Positions 1 through 8,859 of a stretch of 28,192 nt of DNA are shown piece by piece (positions within the stretch are counted from its first letter, which is position 1; every line of letters begins with the position of its first letter). The notes under the pieces were generated by a model. It was given only the letters and a program-made list of their open reading frames with translations. It ran no database searches and had not been told where the DNA came from. The translations under genes were made by a program, and so were the position numbers. This DNA is from a virus (lineage: Duplodnaviria > Caudoviricetes), in IMG/VR virus record IMGVR_UViG_3300042402_007568, positions 1 to 28,192 of that record; one strand, given 5' to 3'.

Positions 1-8
1 AGGAAGAA

Positions 9-260
9 ATGGGCATGGATATGGAGGTTGAAGATCAACCAACTTTTTCTCAAGAGGTTCCTGGACAAATAGAGATTGAGGCTGGGGAGGCTAAACCATA
101 TATGGTTTTAGCTAATTTGAAAAAAATATGCGACCAAGCAAACCAGTTAATTGGGATGGTTCAAAGTTCTGGTAAAGCTGAACAATGGGCGGTTGATCAT
201 ATTACAACTTCGGCTGACGATATCGAGGAGGTTTATAATTATTATAAGTATAGAGTTTAA
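9..260 (+). CDS. Hypothetical phage protein, probably the 3' end of a longer gene (frame open to the window edge)
   Basis: No in-frame stop upstream of the ATG at 9. Acidic linker followed by a helical C-terminal segment (YMVLANL...EQWAVDHITTSADDIEEVYNY). A terminator follows. Confidence 0.7.
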   Translation: MGMDMEVEDQPTFSQEVPGQIEIEAGEAKPYMVLANLKKICDQANQLIGMVQSSGKAEQWAVDHITTSADDIEEVYNYYKYRV

Positions 261-280
261 AAATATCCAACATAATATTA

Positions 281-308
281 AAAGCCTCGGAAACCCCGGG
301 GCTTTTTT
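281..308 (+). terminator. Rho-independent terminator
   Basis: Stem AAAGCCTCGG (281-290) pairs with CCGGGGCTTT (296-305) with one G-U pair, then a T-run, 20 nt after the stop at 260. Confidence 0.8.
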
Positions 309-318
309 ATTGTATAAT
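289..318 (+). promoter_or_regulatory. Putative ECF-type (phage sigma) promoter GGAAAC-N16-TGTATAAT
   Basis: Same bipartite motif and 16-nt spacer as at 1071, 1688 and 24339. Ends 16 nt before the ATG at 335. Confidence 0.55.
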
Positions 319-334
319 AATTTAAAAATAAGCT

Positions 335-604
335 ATGACTGACAAGGATTTTAGAAAAGTTAAGAGCATTAGTTCTGATCTAGAAACTTATTACAGAAAA
401 TACTTTGAGAGAAACGCAACAAAGTTTATCTGGAAATGGGATCTCAAAATGAAAGATCTTGAGGACACCTGGATTAGCGAGAATTATGAATACTCTTTAA
501 TAGGTCAAGTTAGTGAGCAGACGTTTATTCTAAAGAGAAATGATGACGATTCTAGATGGTTCGTTTCCGGATCTAAGTTCATTAAGGACTTTTCCCGAAA
601 ATAA
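335..604 (+). CDS. Hypothetical protein (89 aa)
   Basis: ATG ORF filling the gap between the promoter and the next gene, co-directional. No motif recognised. Confidence 0.75.
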   Translation: MTDKDFRKVKSISSDLETYYRKYFERNATKFIWKWDLKMKDLEDTWISENYEYSLIGQVSEQTFILKRNDDDSRWFVSGSKFIKDFSRK

Positions 605-614
605 AAGTTAAAAA

Positions 615-1073
615 ATGACGAGGGAATTTAAAAAAATAGGTGGGGAAGATGTGATTGATCTATTATCATACACTAAAAACCTGCTAATTGAAAATCCGGA
701 TGTTAAGATCTATGTTGGATGTGACAGTCAATCGTATGCAAATAAAACTATTTATGTTACCACAGTGGTTTTTAGATACGAGGCTAGAGGAGCTCACGTT
801 ATCTACAAAAGAGATGTAGTTCCTAGAGTAAAAGATTTGTGGTCAAAACTTTGGGGAGAACTTAACAGAGCAATAGACGTAGCTGGATATTTAAGATTCG
901 AGGGAGAAATAAACATACACCAAATAGATCTGGATTATAATACCAGTCCTAAGTACAAGTCTAATATCGTTTTAAAGGCAGCAGTTGGCTATGTTGAAAG
1001 CATGGGATACAATTACGCTGTAAAGCCTGGGACCCTGATAGCAATTAGCGCAGCAAATGAATTATGTCGATGA
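615..1073 (+). CDS. Ribonuclease H-like YkuK family (DUF458) protein
   Basis: Motifs IYVGCDSQ, YVTTVV...GAHVIY, KLWGE, IDLDYN...KSN and AVGYVESMGY..VKP...AAN match the YkuK pattern as I recall it. Confidence 0.8.
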   Translation: MTREFKKIGGEDVIDLLSYTKNLLIENPDVKIYVGCDSQSYANKTIYVTTVVFRYEARGAHVIYKRDVVPRVKDLWSKLWGELNRAIDVAGYLRFEGEINIHQIDLDYNTSPKYKSNIVLKAAVGYVESMGYNYAVKPGTLIAISAANELCR

Positions 1074-1100
1074 AACCAAATGCTGTATTAGATATATAAG
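1071..1100 (+). promoter_or_regulatory. Composite promoter: TGAAAC-N16-TATATAAG overlapping a late-type GATATATA box (1091-1098)
   Basis: Fits both recurrent motifs. Intergenic, about 20 nt upstream of the ATG at 1120. Confidence 0.5.
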
Positions 1101-1119
1101 TCTTAAATTAATCAAAATC

Positions 1120-1323
1120 ATGAAAAAAATCTTAGGAATTTTCTCTCTAGCTTTTGCTTTAGTTTCTTGCGGTTCTGGAGGATCATCTTCAGACCAAACA
1201 GTAGATTCTACAGCAGTACAGGTTGATAGTTCAGCAGTAACTGCAAACGATTCAACAACAGCACAGATTCCCGCTGACGATGTAAAAGAAAGCGTGAGTG
1301 AATCAGCAGAACAAGTGAAATAA
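1120..1323 (+). CDS. Small lipoprotein (67 aa; start revised from 1057 to ATG 1120)
   Basis: MKK, hydrophobic ILGIFSLAFA and lipobox LVS-C form a type II signal peptide. The mature part is low-complexity Ser/Thr/Asp/Ala-rich. Confidence 0.8.
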   Translation: MKKILGIFSLAFALVSCGSGGSSSDQTVDSTAVQVDSSAVTANDSTTAQIPADDVKESVSESAEQVK

Positions 1324-1345
1324 CTTGAATGGAACTAGATAAAAG

Positions 1346-1370
1346 AAGCAGGCAGAAGCCTGCTTTTTTT
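1346..1370 (+). terminator. Rho-independent terminator
   Basis: Perfect stem AAGCAGGC-agaa-GCCTGCTT followed by a T-run, just after the lipoprotein gene. Confidence 0.85.
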
Positions 1371-1391
1371 GTTTCACTTAAAAATTCAAAA

Positions 1392-1697
1392 ATGAAAGAT
1401 GTATTTTATTCCAACGGATTAATTGCTGGGCGATTAATAAGTGGATCTAAATCTGGGTATAGAGACTTATATCCAGATAACGAAGTTTATTTTAATGCAA
1501 ATGTTTTTGTTCTAGGGGAAGGAAAAATTTGGCACGGAGATTTGGACATCACTAAAGACCGTGAGATTCTTCTAGAAATTGCTAGGGAAATCGGTAAGGA
1601 TTTATTCATTCTAAGAGAAATGGACGGTAGATTCGAAAATGAAGAAAGAACAGATTCTGACATAATAAAATTTGCAGTCCATAAAGTGGAAATATAA
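1392..1697 (+). CDS. Hypothetical protein (about 101 aa; start revised to ATG 1392, after the terminator)
   Basis: The ORF-track start at 1329 would translate through the terminator hairpin. ATG 1392 has the A-rich context typical of this genome. Confidence 0.75.
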   Translation: MKDVFYSNGLIAGRLISGSKSGYRDLYPDNEVYFNANVFVLGEGKIWHGDLDITKDREILLEIAREIGKDLFILREMDGRFENEERTDSDIIKFAVHKVEI

Positions 1698-1717
1698 CAC
1701 ACACTCTGGTCTATAAT
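1688..1717 (+). promoter_or_regulatory. Putative ECF-type promoter GGAAAT-N16-TCTATAAT heading the uvsX-41-47-46 operon
   Basis: Recurrent bipartite motif with exact 16-nt spacer. Ends 20 nt before the uvsX ATG. Confidence 0.55.
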
Positions 1718-1737
1718 ATTAAATTAATGGAAAAATT

Positions 1738-2919
1738 ATGGCTAAAGAAAAATCATCATCCAAAAAAGAATTTTCCTTCCTTGACTTAGATAAACAGCTT
1801 TCTAAGATAGAAGGGTTTGAAGCAGGATCTATTTTAGAAGAAAATGAATTCTCCGAAGTTACCGAATGGATTGGAACCGGCAATTATGTTTTAAACGCAC
1901 AGCTTTCCGGTAGTCTTTTCGGTGGAGTCGCTAATAACAGATCAATGGGAATAGCTGGAGATCCCCAAACGGGAAAGAGTTTTCTTTGTATGAATATAGT
2001 GAGGGAGTCACAAAAACAAGGATACAATGTGATTTATTGTGACACCGAAGGAGCAATTGATAAATCGATGGCTAAGAAATTTGGTATCGACACTACAACC
2101 GTTAGATATCAACCAATTAAATCCATATCAGAATTTAAAATCTTTGTTGCTAATTTAGTTGACAAAGTTAAAGCTGCTCGCAAAGAAGGAGCGGAGCCTA
2201 AGATTTTATTGGTTCTTGATTCATTGGGTATGCTTACAACAATGAAGGAATCAGCAGATGCTTTAAAGGGCAAGACCGTAATGGATATGGGTATCAGATC
2301 TAAAGAAATGAGAGGTTTATTCAGAGAGATTACGCTAGATCTAACAGGTGTTAGAATTCCTTTAATTTGTACAAACCACACAACAACAGCAGGGATTGGA
2401 AGTTTTATGACAACCAAAGAAGCTTCAGGAGGCGACGGTCCAATTTTCTCTATGAGTAATGTTATTATGTTATCTAAAGCACAACTTAAAGATAGCAACG
2501 ATAAGAAAACAGGAATCATTGTTACATCAACTCCAAAGAAAACAAGATTCACTAGACCTTATCCTACTAAATTCCATATTTCTTTTATTAACGGAATGAA
2601 TCCTTACGTGGGATTGGAAGAATTTGTATCCTGGGATATTTGCGGAATTGAAAGAGGAAAATTAGAAGTAGACAAAAAGACCGGCGAACTGGAATTTACA
2701 GCGAGCGCTTCCTCCACAAAATGGGCAATTGCACATTTAGGAAAATCTATTTTCTCTTCTCAATTGTTTACTCCTGAGGTTTTTACCGAGGAGGTTTTAA
2801 GAAAAATTGACGAGAAAGCAATTAAGCCACATTTCTTGCTACCTGATCTATTCGACATGAATGAATTGGATGCTGTAATCAACGGGGAAGAAGAAACGGA
2901 AGAAGATGGACAAGAATAA
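1738..2919 (+). CDS. uvsX: UvsX/RecA-like recombinase
   Basis: WIGTGNYVLNAQLSG, Walker A GDPQTGKS, YCDTEGA, Walker B LLVLDSLG, DMG.R.K, TNH and SGG motifs. Lies near the gp41-like helicase as in T4. Confidence 0.93.
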   Translation: MAKEKSSSKKEFSFLDLDKQLSKIEGFEAGSILEENEFSEVTEWIGTGNYVLNAQLSGSLFGGVANNRSMGIAGDPQTGKSFLCMNIVRESQKQGYNVIYCDTEGAIDKSMAKKFGIDTTTVRYQPIKSISEFKIFVANLVDKVKAARKEGAEPKILLVLDSLGMLTTMKESADALKGKTVMDMGIRSKEMRGLFREITLDLTGVRIPLICTNHTTTAGIGSFMTTKEASGGDGPIFSMSNVIMLSKAQLKDSNDKKTGIIVTSTPKKTRFTRPYPTKFHISFINGMNPYVGLEEFVSWDICGIERGKLEVDKKTGELEFTASASSTKWAIAHLGKSIFSSQLFTPEVFTEEVLRKIDEKAIKPHFLLPDLFDMNELDAVINGEEETEEDGQE

Positions 2920-3196
2920 ATTAAAAATGAAATATCATATGGGTATCTGGAAAGAACTTCCAGCATACCCAACTGAGGAGGATGTAATATTCGAATTAAA
3001 CAGCTATTTGGTTAGAGATGGAAGACCTCAGGGAGAATTTTCTACGCAAACCTTTAATTCTTTCTTACCTAATGGATGGGAGGAAGGAAAATTCGGATCT
3101 CTAGTCAATTTTTTAATAGAGAATGGAATTTTTGAAAGACAAAAGTCTAAAGGAAATAAAGCTGTTTATAAAATTAAAGACAATCCCCACTATTAG
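2906..3196 (+). CDS. Hypothetical protein, possibly winged-helix-like
   Basis: Overlaps the uvsX stop by 14 nt and ends 2 nt before the helicase. The C-terminal LVNFLIENGIFERQ...VYKI resembles a wHTH wing (weak). Confidence 0.7.
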   Translation: MDKNKLKMKYHMGIWKELPAYPTEEDVIFELNSYLVRDGRPQGEFSTQTFNSFLPNGWEEGKFGSLVNFLIENGIFERQKSKGNKAVYKIKDNPHY

Positions 3197-3198
3197 TT

Positions 3199-4503
3199 AT
3201 GGTAAATTCACACTTGGAGAATGTATGGTTCTGTAGTATAATTTCTGATCCAATTTATGTGGAAGCAGCAAAGCCCTCATTCTTTAAAGACGTAAGATAT
3301 CAAGAATGTTTTAAAATAATTAAATCATTCTGGAAAAAATATTCACAACTTCCTTCGACTCAGCAGGTTAAGGAGGTTGTTAAAATGCTTAAGCTGAACG
3401 ACAAACTTCCAGAATCGCAGATTGATGTTATTTTTGACATCAAAATAAATGATTATGATCCTGAATGGTTAAAGGAAAATACTGAAGCTTGGATAGAATG
3501 GAAAAATCTCGAGCAAAGTGCAATGGATTCTATTTCATATATTAAATCCACAGAGGTTACTCCTGAGAACATTAAGGATGTTGTTAATACTTTTAAGACG
3601 ATCATTAACGAAAGAAACAGTTTAGATTTTTCTTTCGATCTAGGTTTAGATTTTACAGATCCAGAAAATCACAAACAGCCTAAATCAAATACTTTTTCCT
3701 CTGGATATGATTTCATTGATATTTGTTTGGGAGGAGGTTTTTCTGCTAAGAACCTTTATGTTTTTTTAGGTCAGCCTAAAGTTGGAAAAACTTTATGGCT
3801 AGGAAATATTGCATCTCAGGCTATCAGGGCTTCTAATAATGTTGCTGTAATCACTTTAGAGCTTAATGACCGCAAATATATGAAAAGAGTGGGTGCTAAT
3901 CTACTCGGAATTAAAATGTCGGAGTATAATAATGCAACAGAAGACGGCGAATTAATTAAGAAAAAAATTCGCAATCTGACATTTGACAATCTATCCGTTC
4001 CTGGGCAGCTTTATATTAAGGAGTTTGGAACAAGCCAAGCTTCAGTTCTTGATGTTGAAAAATGGCTAAGAAAAGTAGAAGAAGTTAAGGGAATTAAATT
4101 TAAGATAGTAGTTATTGATTACATAAACATCATGAAAAATTGGAGGAATCCAAACACCGAAAATACCTACATGAAGATTAAACAAATAGCTGAAGATCTA
4201 AGAGCTATGGCTCAGAGAAATAATTGGTCAGTTATTACTGCAACACAGACAAAACAATCTGAATTTGATGCTACAGATCTTTCCATGAACTCAGCTTCAG
4301 AGTCTTCCGGATTGGTTGCTACTGTGGATGGAATGTTTGGTATTATTCAAGATCCTTTGATGTATTCTAATAACGAATATAAATTAAAGGTTTTAGCTAA
4401 CAGAGACGAGGGTTATAAAAACTCATATAAGAAATTCCTCGTCGATTACAGCTACATGAGGATCAATGAAGATCCCAACTCCCAAATAATGAATGAAAAT
4501 TAA
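3199..4503 (+). CDS. gp41: Replicative DnaB-family helicase (T4 gp41-like)
   Basis: Walker A GQPKVGKT, ITLEL, Walker B IVVIDYINIM, IAEDLRAMA, TATQT and SESSG...TVD motifs. 434 aa. Confidence 0.92.
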   Translation: MVNSHLENVWFCSIISDPIYVEAAKPSFFKDVRYQECFKIIKSFWKKYSQLPSTQQVKEVVKMLKLNDKLPESQIDVIFDIKINDYDPEWLKENTEAWIEWKNLEQSAMDSISYIKSTEVTPENIKDVVNTFKTIINERNSLDFSFDLGLDFTDPENHKQPKSNTFSSGYDFIDICLGGGFSAKNLYVFLGQPKVGKTLWLGNIASQAIRASNNVAVITLELNDRKYMKRVGANLLGIKMSEYNNATEDGELIKKKIRNLTFDNLSVPGQLYIKEFGTSQASVLDVEKWLRKVEEVKGIKFKIVVIDYINIMKNWRNPNTENTYMKIKQIAEDLRAMAQRNNWSVITATQTKQSEFDATDLSMNSASESSGLVATVDGMFGIIQDPLMYSNNEYKLKVLANRDEGYKNSYKKFLVDYSYMRINEDPNSQIMNEN

Positions 4504-4961
4504 TGAAACAGAAGAAATTAATAGAAGAGGAAGAAAAGAAAGAAATAGAATTACCCGCACAAGAACCTGCTTATGACGAGTATTTGCATGTAGATGATGG
4601 AAGTAGGGATTATCATTCATTTAAGACAAGCAAAGATGGTGATGATGAAAATTACAGACATCTTTCCGCACTCAATACTTTAGTTTATGAAATATTTCAC
4701 AAATCTAGATGGTGTGCTCTCGGACCAAATAAGAAAATACCAAAGGATTTAATTCCTTTTCTTTTTCAGGATCTATTGGAAGAAATGGAAGGAACTGAAT
4801 TCACAATGGTAGAAAAATTTGTTACTGTTTGTGATTTTATGAACGTCGGATATCAAAAGGCATACGAGCTTATCCATATGAAATACAAGGAAATTATTGT
4901 TAACGAAATGGATCAAAAGTTTGGAATTGTATCCAAAAAGAAGATCAAGAAAATATTTTAA
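4503..4961 (+). CDS. Putative late-transcription coactivator (T4 gp33-like) with an acidic N-terminal extension
   Basis: The C-terminal MVEKFVTVCDFMNVGYQKAYELIHMKYKEIIVNE fits, without gaps, the gp33 pattern I recall (Y/M-I-D/E-x-I-V-x-x-C-E/D...K/E-L-I-x4-K-E). TAATG-coupled to the helicase. Confidence 0.5.
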   Translation: MKQKKLIEEEEKKEIELPAQEPAYDEYLHVDDGSRDYHSFKTSKDGDDENYRHLSALNTLVYEIFHKSRWCALGPNKKIPKDLIPFLFQDLLEEMEGTEFTMVEKFVTVCDFMNVGYQKAYELIHMKYKEIIVNEMDQKFGIVSKKKIKKIF

Positions 4962-6056
4962 ATGGATTCATCAAAAATTAAAAGACTTTGGATGATAACA
5001 GACACCCATCTGGGTGTAAGAAACAGTTCTGAGGAATGGATACAAATCATGAGAAAATATTTCTTCGAGTGGTTTATACCATTAGTAAAAAAAGAATATA
5101 AGCCCGGTGATGCCTTAGTCCATCTGGGAGATGTTTATGATTCTAGACAAAGTATTAACCTAAAAGTTCTAAATCTTTGTGTCGAAATATTTAGTGAACT
5201 CTCCAAAATTTTTCCGGACGGTGTGTATATTATTCTTGGAAATCATGATTGTTATTCTAAGGAGTCTAATGATATAAATTCTTTAAGCTCTCTTAAATGG
5301 ATTCCAAATGTTAAAGTGTACGAGGAACCAGAAAGTGTAATATTTGGATCAAGAAAGGTTCTTATGATGCCGTGGAGAACCAGCGAAGAATCTGCAGTTG
5401 AGCTTCTGTCAGAATCTGATAAACACGATTATCTCTTTTGTCACAGTGATATAAGAGGATTGAGTTTTAACAAATATACTAAGATAGAAGAAGGAATTGG
5501 ATATAATAAATTGGAAAATTTCAATCGAGTATATTCAGGTCATATACACTATTCGCAGGATTTTGGTAAAGTTAGAATGCTAGGATCTCCATATCAGTTA
5601 ACAAGATCTGATATGGATAACAGAAAGGCAATTCTTTTATTGGATTTGGAATCCGAAAAAGAAAAACTTTTTGAAAACGATTTTTCACCTAAATTCATAA
5701 AAATAGGATTCGACACGGTTTTAGAAAAAACCCCGGTTGAATTGAGCGAGCTTTTTAGAAATAATTTCGTTGATATATTAATAGATCCAAAATTGGCAGT
5801 TAAAGCTTCATTAGGAATTTTAACCGAAATGATAACCACACAGCTTAAAACCAATTTTACTCCTATAACGGAGAATAATGTTGAACACAACGTGGAAGAA
5901 ACATTATTTAATTTAGATGGTAAAAATTTTTCTATTGTAGATTTTGCTGATCAATATATCAGTGCATTAGAAGAGCCGGAAGAAGTTAAGGAAAGAATGA
6001 AAAAAACTATAAAGGTTCTCTATAATAGAATAGCTCACAAAGAGGAAAAAGCATGA
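4962..6056 (+). CDS. gp47: Mre11/SbcD-like recombination nuclease (T4 gp47-like)
   Basis: Metallophosphoesterase motifs TDTHLG, LGDVYD, GNHD, CH and SGHIH, plus GSPYQ. Immediately upstream of the Rad50-like gene. Confidence 0.93.
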   Translation: MDSSKIKRLWMITDTHLGVRNSSEEWIQIMRKYFFEWFIPLVKKEYKPGDALVHLGDVYDSRQSINLKVLNLCVEIFSELSKIFPDGVYIILGNHDCYSKESNDINSLSSLKWIPNVKVYEEPESVIFGSRKVLMMPWRTSEESAVELLSESDKHDYLFCHSDIRGLSFNKYTKIEEGIGYNKLENFNRVYSGHIHYSQDFGKVRMLGSPYQLTRSDMDNRKAILLLDLESEKEKLFENDFSPKFIKIGFDTVLEKTPVELSELFRNNFVDILIDPKLAVKASLGILTEMITTQLKTNFTPITENNVEHNVEETLFNLDGKNFSIVDFADQYISALEEPEEVKERMKKTIKVLYNRIAHKEEKA

Positions 6057-7717
6057 GATTATCAAAAATAGAATGGAGAAATTTTGCTTCGTATGGAAAC
6101 AAAATTCAATCGCTTGTATTTGGAGAAAATCCGGGATTGTACCTGGTAGTTGGTGAAAATGGTGCTGGTAAATCAACAATCTCTGATGTTATAACATTTG
6201 GACTTTACGGTAAACTTGATGGGAAAAAACTAAAAGATATTCCAAATAGGATAAACGGGAATGCTTGGGTTAGAATAACATTCTTTGTTAACGGTGAAGA
6301 ATATTCAGTTGAAAGAGGACTAGATCCTTCAGTATTTAATTTGTATGTCAATGGATCTTTATACGATAAAGCGGGTTCAAGATCTGTTCAGGATTATTTA
6401 ACTGATGATATAATCCAAATACCAAATTACGTTTTCAATAATACTATTTCTTTATCGATTAATGATTTTAAAAGCTTCCTTAAAATGTCTCCGTCTGACA
6501 AAAAATCGATTATAGATAAAATATTCGGTTTTTATGTTATTAATGAAATGAGAGACCTGCTAAAGGAGGAAACAAAATCAATTCGGGAAAATTTAATCAG
6601 AATTTCTGGCGAGGTTGACTCTCTTTCGAAAACACTTAGCAGAACACAGGAGGAAATGGAGATTCTTTCAAGAAAAATAAAAGAAACCTCCAAGGATAAA
6701 ATATCAGAGCTAGAGGAAAAAATATCAAAATTCAATTCTCTTCTAGAAATTCACAAGAAAAAAACTTCAGAGTTTTCTAACCTAGAATCCGATTTACAAG
6801 TAGAAACAAAGAAATCATACAAGATATTAACAGAAGCTAAGGGATCACTAAGAAGTATAGAAGAGAAAATAAGACTCTATAATAATGACAAGTGCCCAAC
6901 TTGTGCTTCTGATCTTTCTAGTGTTTTTCACCAAGGGGTAAAAGAAGGTCTTTTAAAACAATCTGAGGATCTAAAGAAAGAAATAGCAGATTCACAAAAA
7001 AACTATGATGATTGCTCAAAGAAAGAGTCTGAATTAAGAAAGGAGAGGGAAGAAATAAACTCAAAGGGCAATAAAATTATAGTGAATATAAATTCTGCTA
7101 AGGATGAATTAAAGAAATTAAAATCCGGTGCTTCCTCCGATGGTATAGACTCTCTTAAGAAAATAGCAGAAGAAACTAGATCCAATATACAGGAGTTCAC
7201 GGAGGAGAAAGCAAAAGAGGATAAGAAGAACGAATGGCTTAAGAAAATAGAGGAAATTCTCGGGGAGAAAGGTATTAAACAGTTAGCTTTAAAAACTATT
7301 TTACCGTCCCTAAATAACCATATAGCGGAGCTAATGCAGTCTTTACATCTTTCCTATACCGTTACTTTTGATGATGATTTTAATGCCTCTATAATTCATA
7401 TGGGAGAGGATATTTCAATATCTACTTTAAGCACGGGGGAAATGAAAAAGGTAGATTTTGCTGTGCTTCTTTCCGTGATAAAATTAATGAAGATAAGGTT
7501 TAGCAGTATAAATTTACTTTTTTTGGATGAAATTTTTAGTTCGGTGGATCCTGACGGTGTTTATACTATTTTAAACACATTAAGAAAGGTTTGTGACGAC
7601 CACGGGTTGAATGTTTTTGTGATAAATCATGCCCCGATGCCAACCGAAATTTTTGATTACAAGATAGAAATCCAAAAAAGGAATAACTTTTCAGACCTCT
7701 TAATAGAAAAGGTTTAA
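6053..7717 (+). CDS. gp46: Rad50/SbcC-like ATPase (T4 gp46-like)
   Basis: Walker A GENGAGKST, coiled coil with CPTC zinc hook, signature LSTGE, Walker B LFLDE and H-loop INH. ATGA overlap with gp47. Confidence 0.94.
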   Translation: MRLSKIEWRNFASYGNKIQSLVFGENPGLYLVVGENGAGKSTISDVITFGLYGKLDGKKLKDIPNRINGNAWVRITFFVNGEEYSVERGLDPSVFNLYVNGSLYDKAGSRSVQDYLTDDIIQIPNYVFNNTISLSINDFKSFLKMSPSDKKSIIDKIFGFYVINEMRDLLKEETKSIRENLIRISGEVDSLSKTLSRTQEEMEILSRKIKETSKDKISELEEKISKFNSLLEIHKKKTSEFSNLESDLQVETKKSYKILTEAKGSLRSIEEKIRLYNNDKCPTCASDLSSVFHQGVKEGLLKQSEDLKKEIADSQKNYDDCSKKESELRKEREEINSKGNKIIVNINSAKDELKKLKSGASSDGIDSLKKIAEETRSNIQEFTEEKAKEDKKNEWLKKIEEILGEKGIKQLALKTILPSLNNHIAELMQSLHLSYTVTFDDDFNASIIHMGEDISISTLSTGEMKKVDFAVLLSVIKLMKIRFSSINLLFLDEIFSSVDPDGVYTILNTLRKVCDDHGLNVFVINHAPMPTEIFDYKIEIQKRNNFSDLLIEKV

Positions 7718-7725
7718 ACCTTTCA

Positions 7726-7733
7726 AATATATA
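7726..7733 (+). promoter_or_regulatory. Putative late promoter AATATATA
   Basis: Recurrent RATATATA octamer at the replication/morphogenesis boundary, 5 nt before ATG 7739. Confidence 0.65.
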
Positions 7734-7738
7734 GGAAT

Positions 7739-8059
7739 ATGGCTATCACATCAAGGAATGAGCTTGAGAGATTCTCATATTTCTTCGTTTCTAAGAGCGT
7801 CAAGAGGTATCTGTCTCCCCTGCCCATAATAGAATTTTATATTTACAACTTCGAAAATCCCGTTTCTGCTGAAAGGGGTAAGAAATATCTAAGGGATGAA
7901 TTCACCATAGACGTTTATCAAATAACAGAAGGCGTTTATAGAAACGAATCATTCGAACATCCCAAGTATAGAAATCAGAAGAACGAGTATATAAAATTCA
8001 AATACTTGGATCTACCGGTTAAAATCGTTCCAGTTGATGCTAGCAGAAATATAGATTGA
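7739..8059 (+). CDS. Hypothetical protein (106 aa), probably late
   Basis: ATG ORF directly after the late motif and abutting the gp15-like gene. Confidence 0.72.
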   Translation: MAITSRNELERFSYFFVSKSVKRYLSPLPIIEFYIYNFENPVSAERGKKYLRDEFTIDVYQITEGVYRNESFEHPKYRNQKNEYIKFKYLDLPVKIVPVDASRNID

Positions 8060-8061
8060 TT

Positions 8062-8859
8062 ATGAACTTTTTAGATAAATTTAACAGCGATGATGTTTTT
8101 TTCAGAGGGCTAATTATTGGAATGCTAAAATCCTTAAACGAGAAAATAACATTCTATCAAACAACTAGTTCTGGAAAAATCCAGGAAGTTTATATACCAT
8201 TCTTCTATTCCCTAGCAGGAGACGAATCTTTCTTACAGGATTTCTATTTGAATTACGGTGATTGCGATGGTAACCCTCTTTTTGCAGAGGGTAATTATGA
8301 CGTGGTTCCTAGGGGTATATTAGAATATCAAAGTTCCAGGATTACAACATCTTCATCTACAAACAAGTATGTAAGAGGAACCTACGAAAAAGAAATAGTA
8401 CAAGAATCCGGCGGATCTGAGATAAAAGCATATTCTGCTTATCTGACTCCCATTCCTATAGATGCAACTTTTACCCTTAAGATCAAAGTAGACACAGCAA
8501 CAGACGCACTTAAAATACAAGCTAGAACAATCGAGGTTCTTTTTAAAAATTTCATCTATTACTTTGAGTATAACGGATTTAGAGTGCCGGTACAAGCTTC
8601 ACTTTCAGATCAAGTGCCTGATAAGACACCCAACACATTTAACTTTAGCTATGGTAGTACCCGAGGAGAGGGAATCACCCTTTCTATAAATGTTAACGCA
8701 GAAACTTACTTACCTCAATTAGATCTTACAAGCGAGAGATTTAGAGGAAATCTGATGCAGGCAGGCATTAAATTAAAAACCGATATCGGGATCGTTCCAG
8801 AGGATAATTCATCAATTTTAAAGAGCGTTTTAAATGCTTCAAAAAATACAATTAAATAA
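8062..8859 (+). CDS. gp15: Tail terminator / sheath stabiliser (T4 gp15-like)
   Basis: FFRGLII...VYIPFFY...VPRGIL...P.PIDATFTLKIKVD...DALKI follows the gp15 pattern (VPI.Y, LPR, P.P...Y.L.I....D..QI). ATG 8062 preferred over TTG 8056. Confidence 0.72.
   Translation: MNFLDKFNSDDVFFRGLIIGMLKSLNEKITFYQTTSSGKIQEVYIPFFYSLAGDESFLQDFYLNYGDCDGNPLFAEGNYDVVPRGILEYQSSRITTSSSTNKYVRGTYEKEIVQESGGSEIKAYSAYLTPIPIDATFTLKIKVDTATDALKIQARTIEVLFKNFIYYFEYNGFRVPVQASLSDQVPDKTPNTFNFSYGSTRGEGITLSINVNAETYLPQLDLTSERFRGNLMQAGIKLKTDIGIVPEDNSSILKSVLNASKNTIK

Noticed and set aside
151-342. ORF 151..342 (+)
   Set aside because: Overlaps the upstream gene out of frame and runs through a terminator and promoter.
1057-1391. 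ORF-track starts at 1057 and 1329
   Set aside because: Start 1057 buries the signal peptide and spans the promoter, and start 1329 spans the terminator. ATG 1120 and ATG 1392 fit better.
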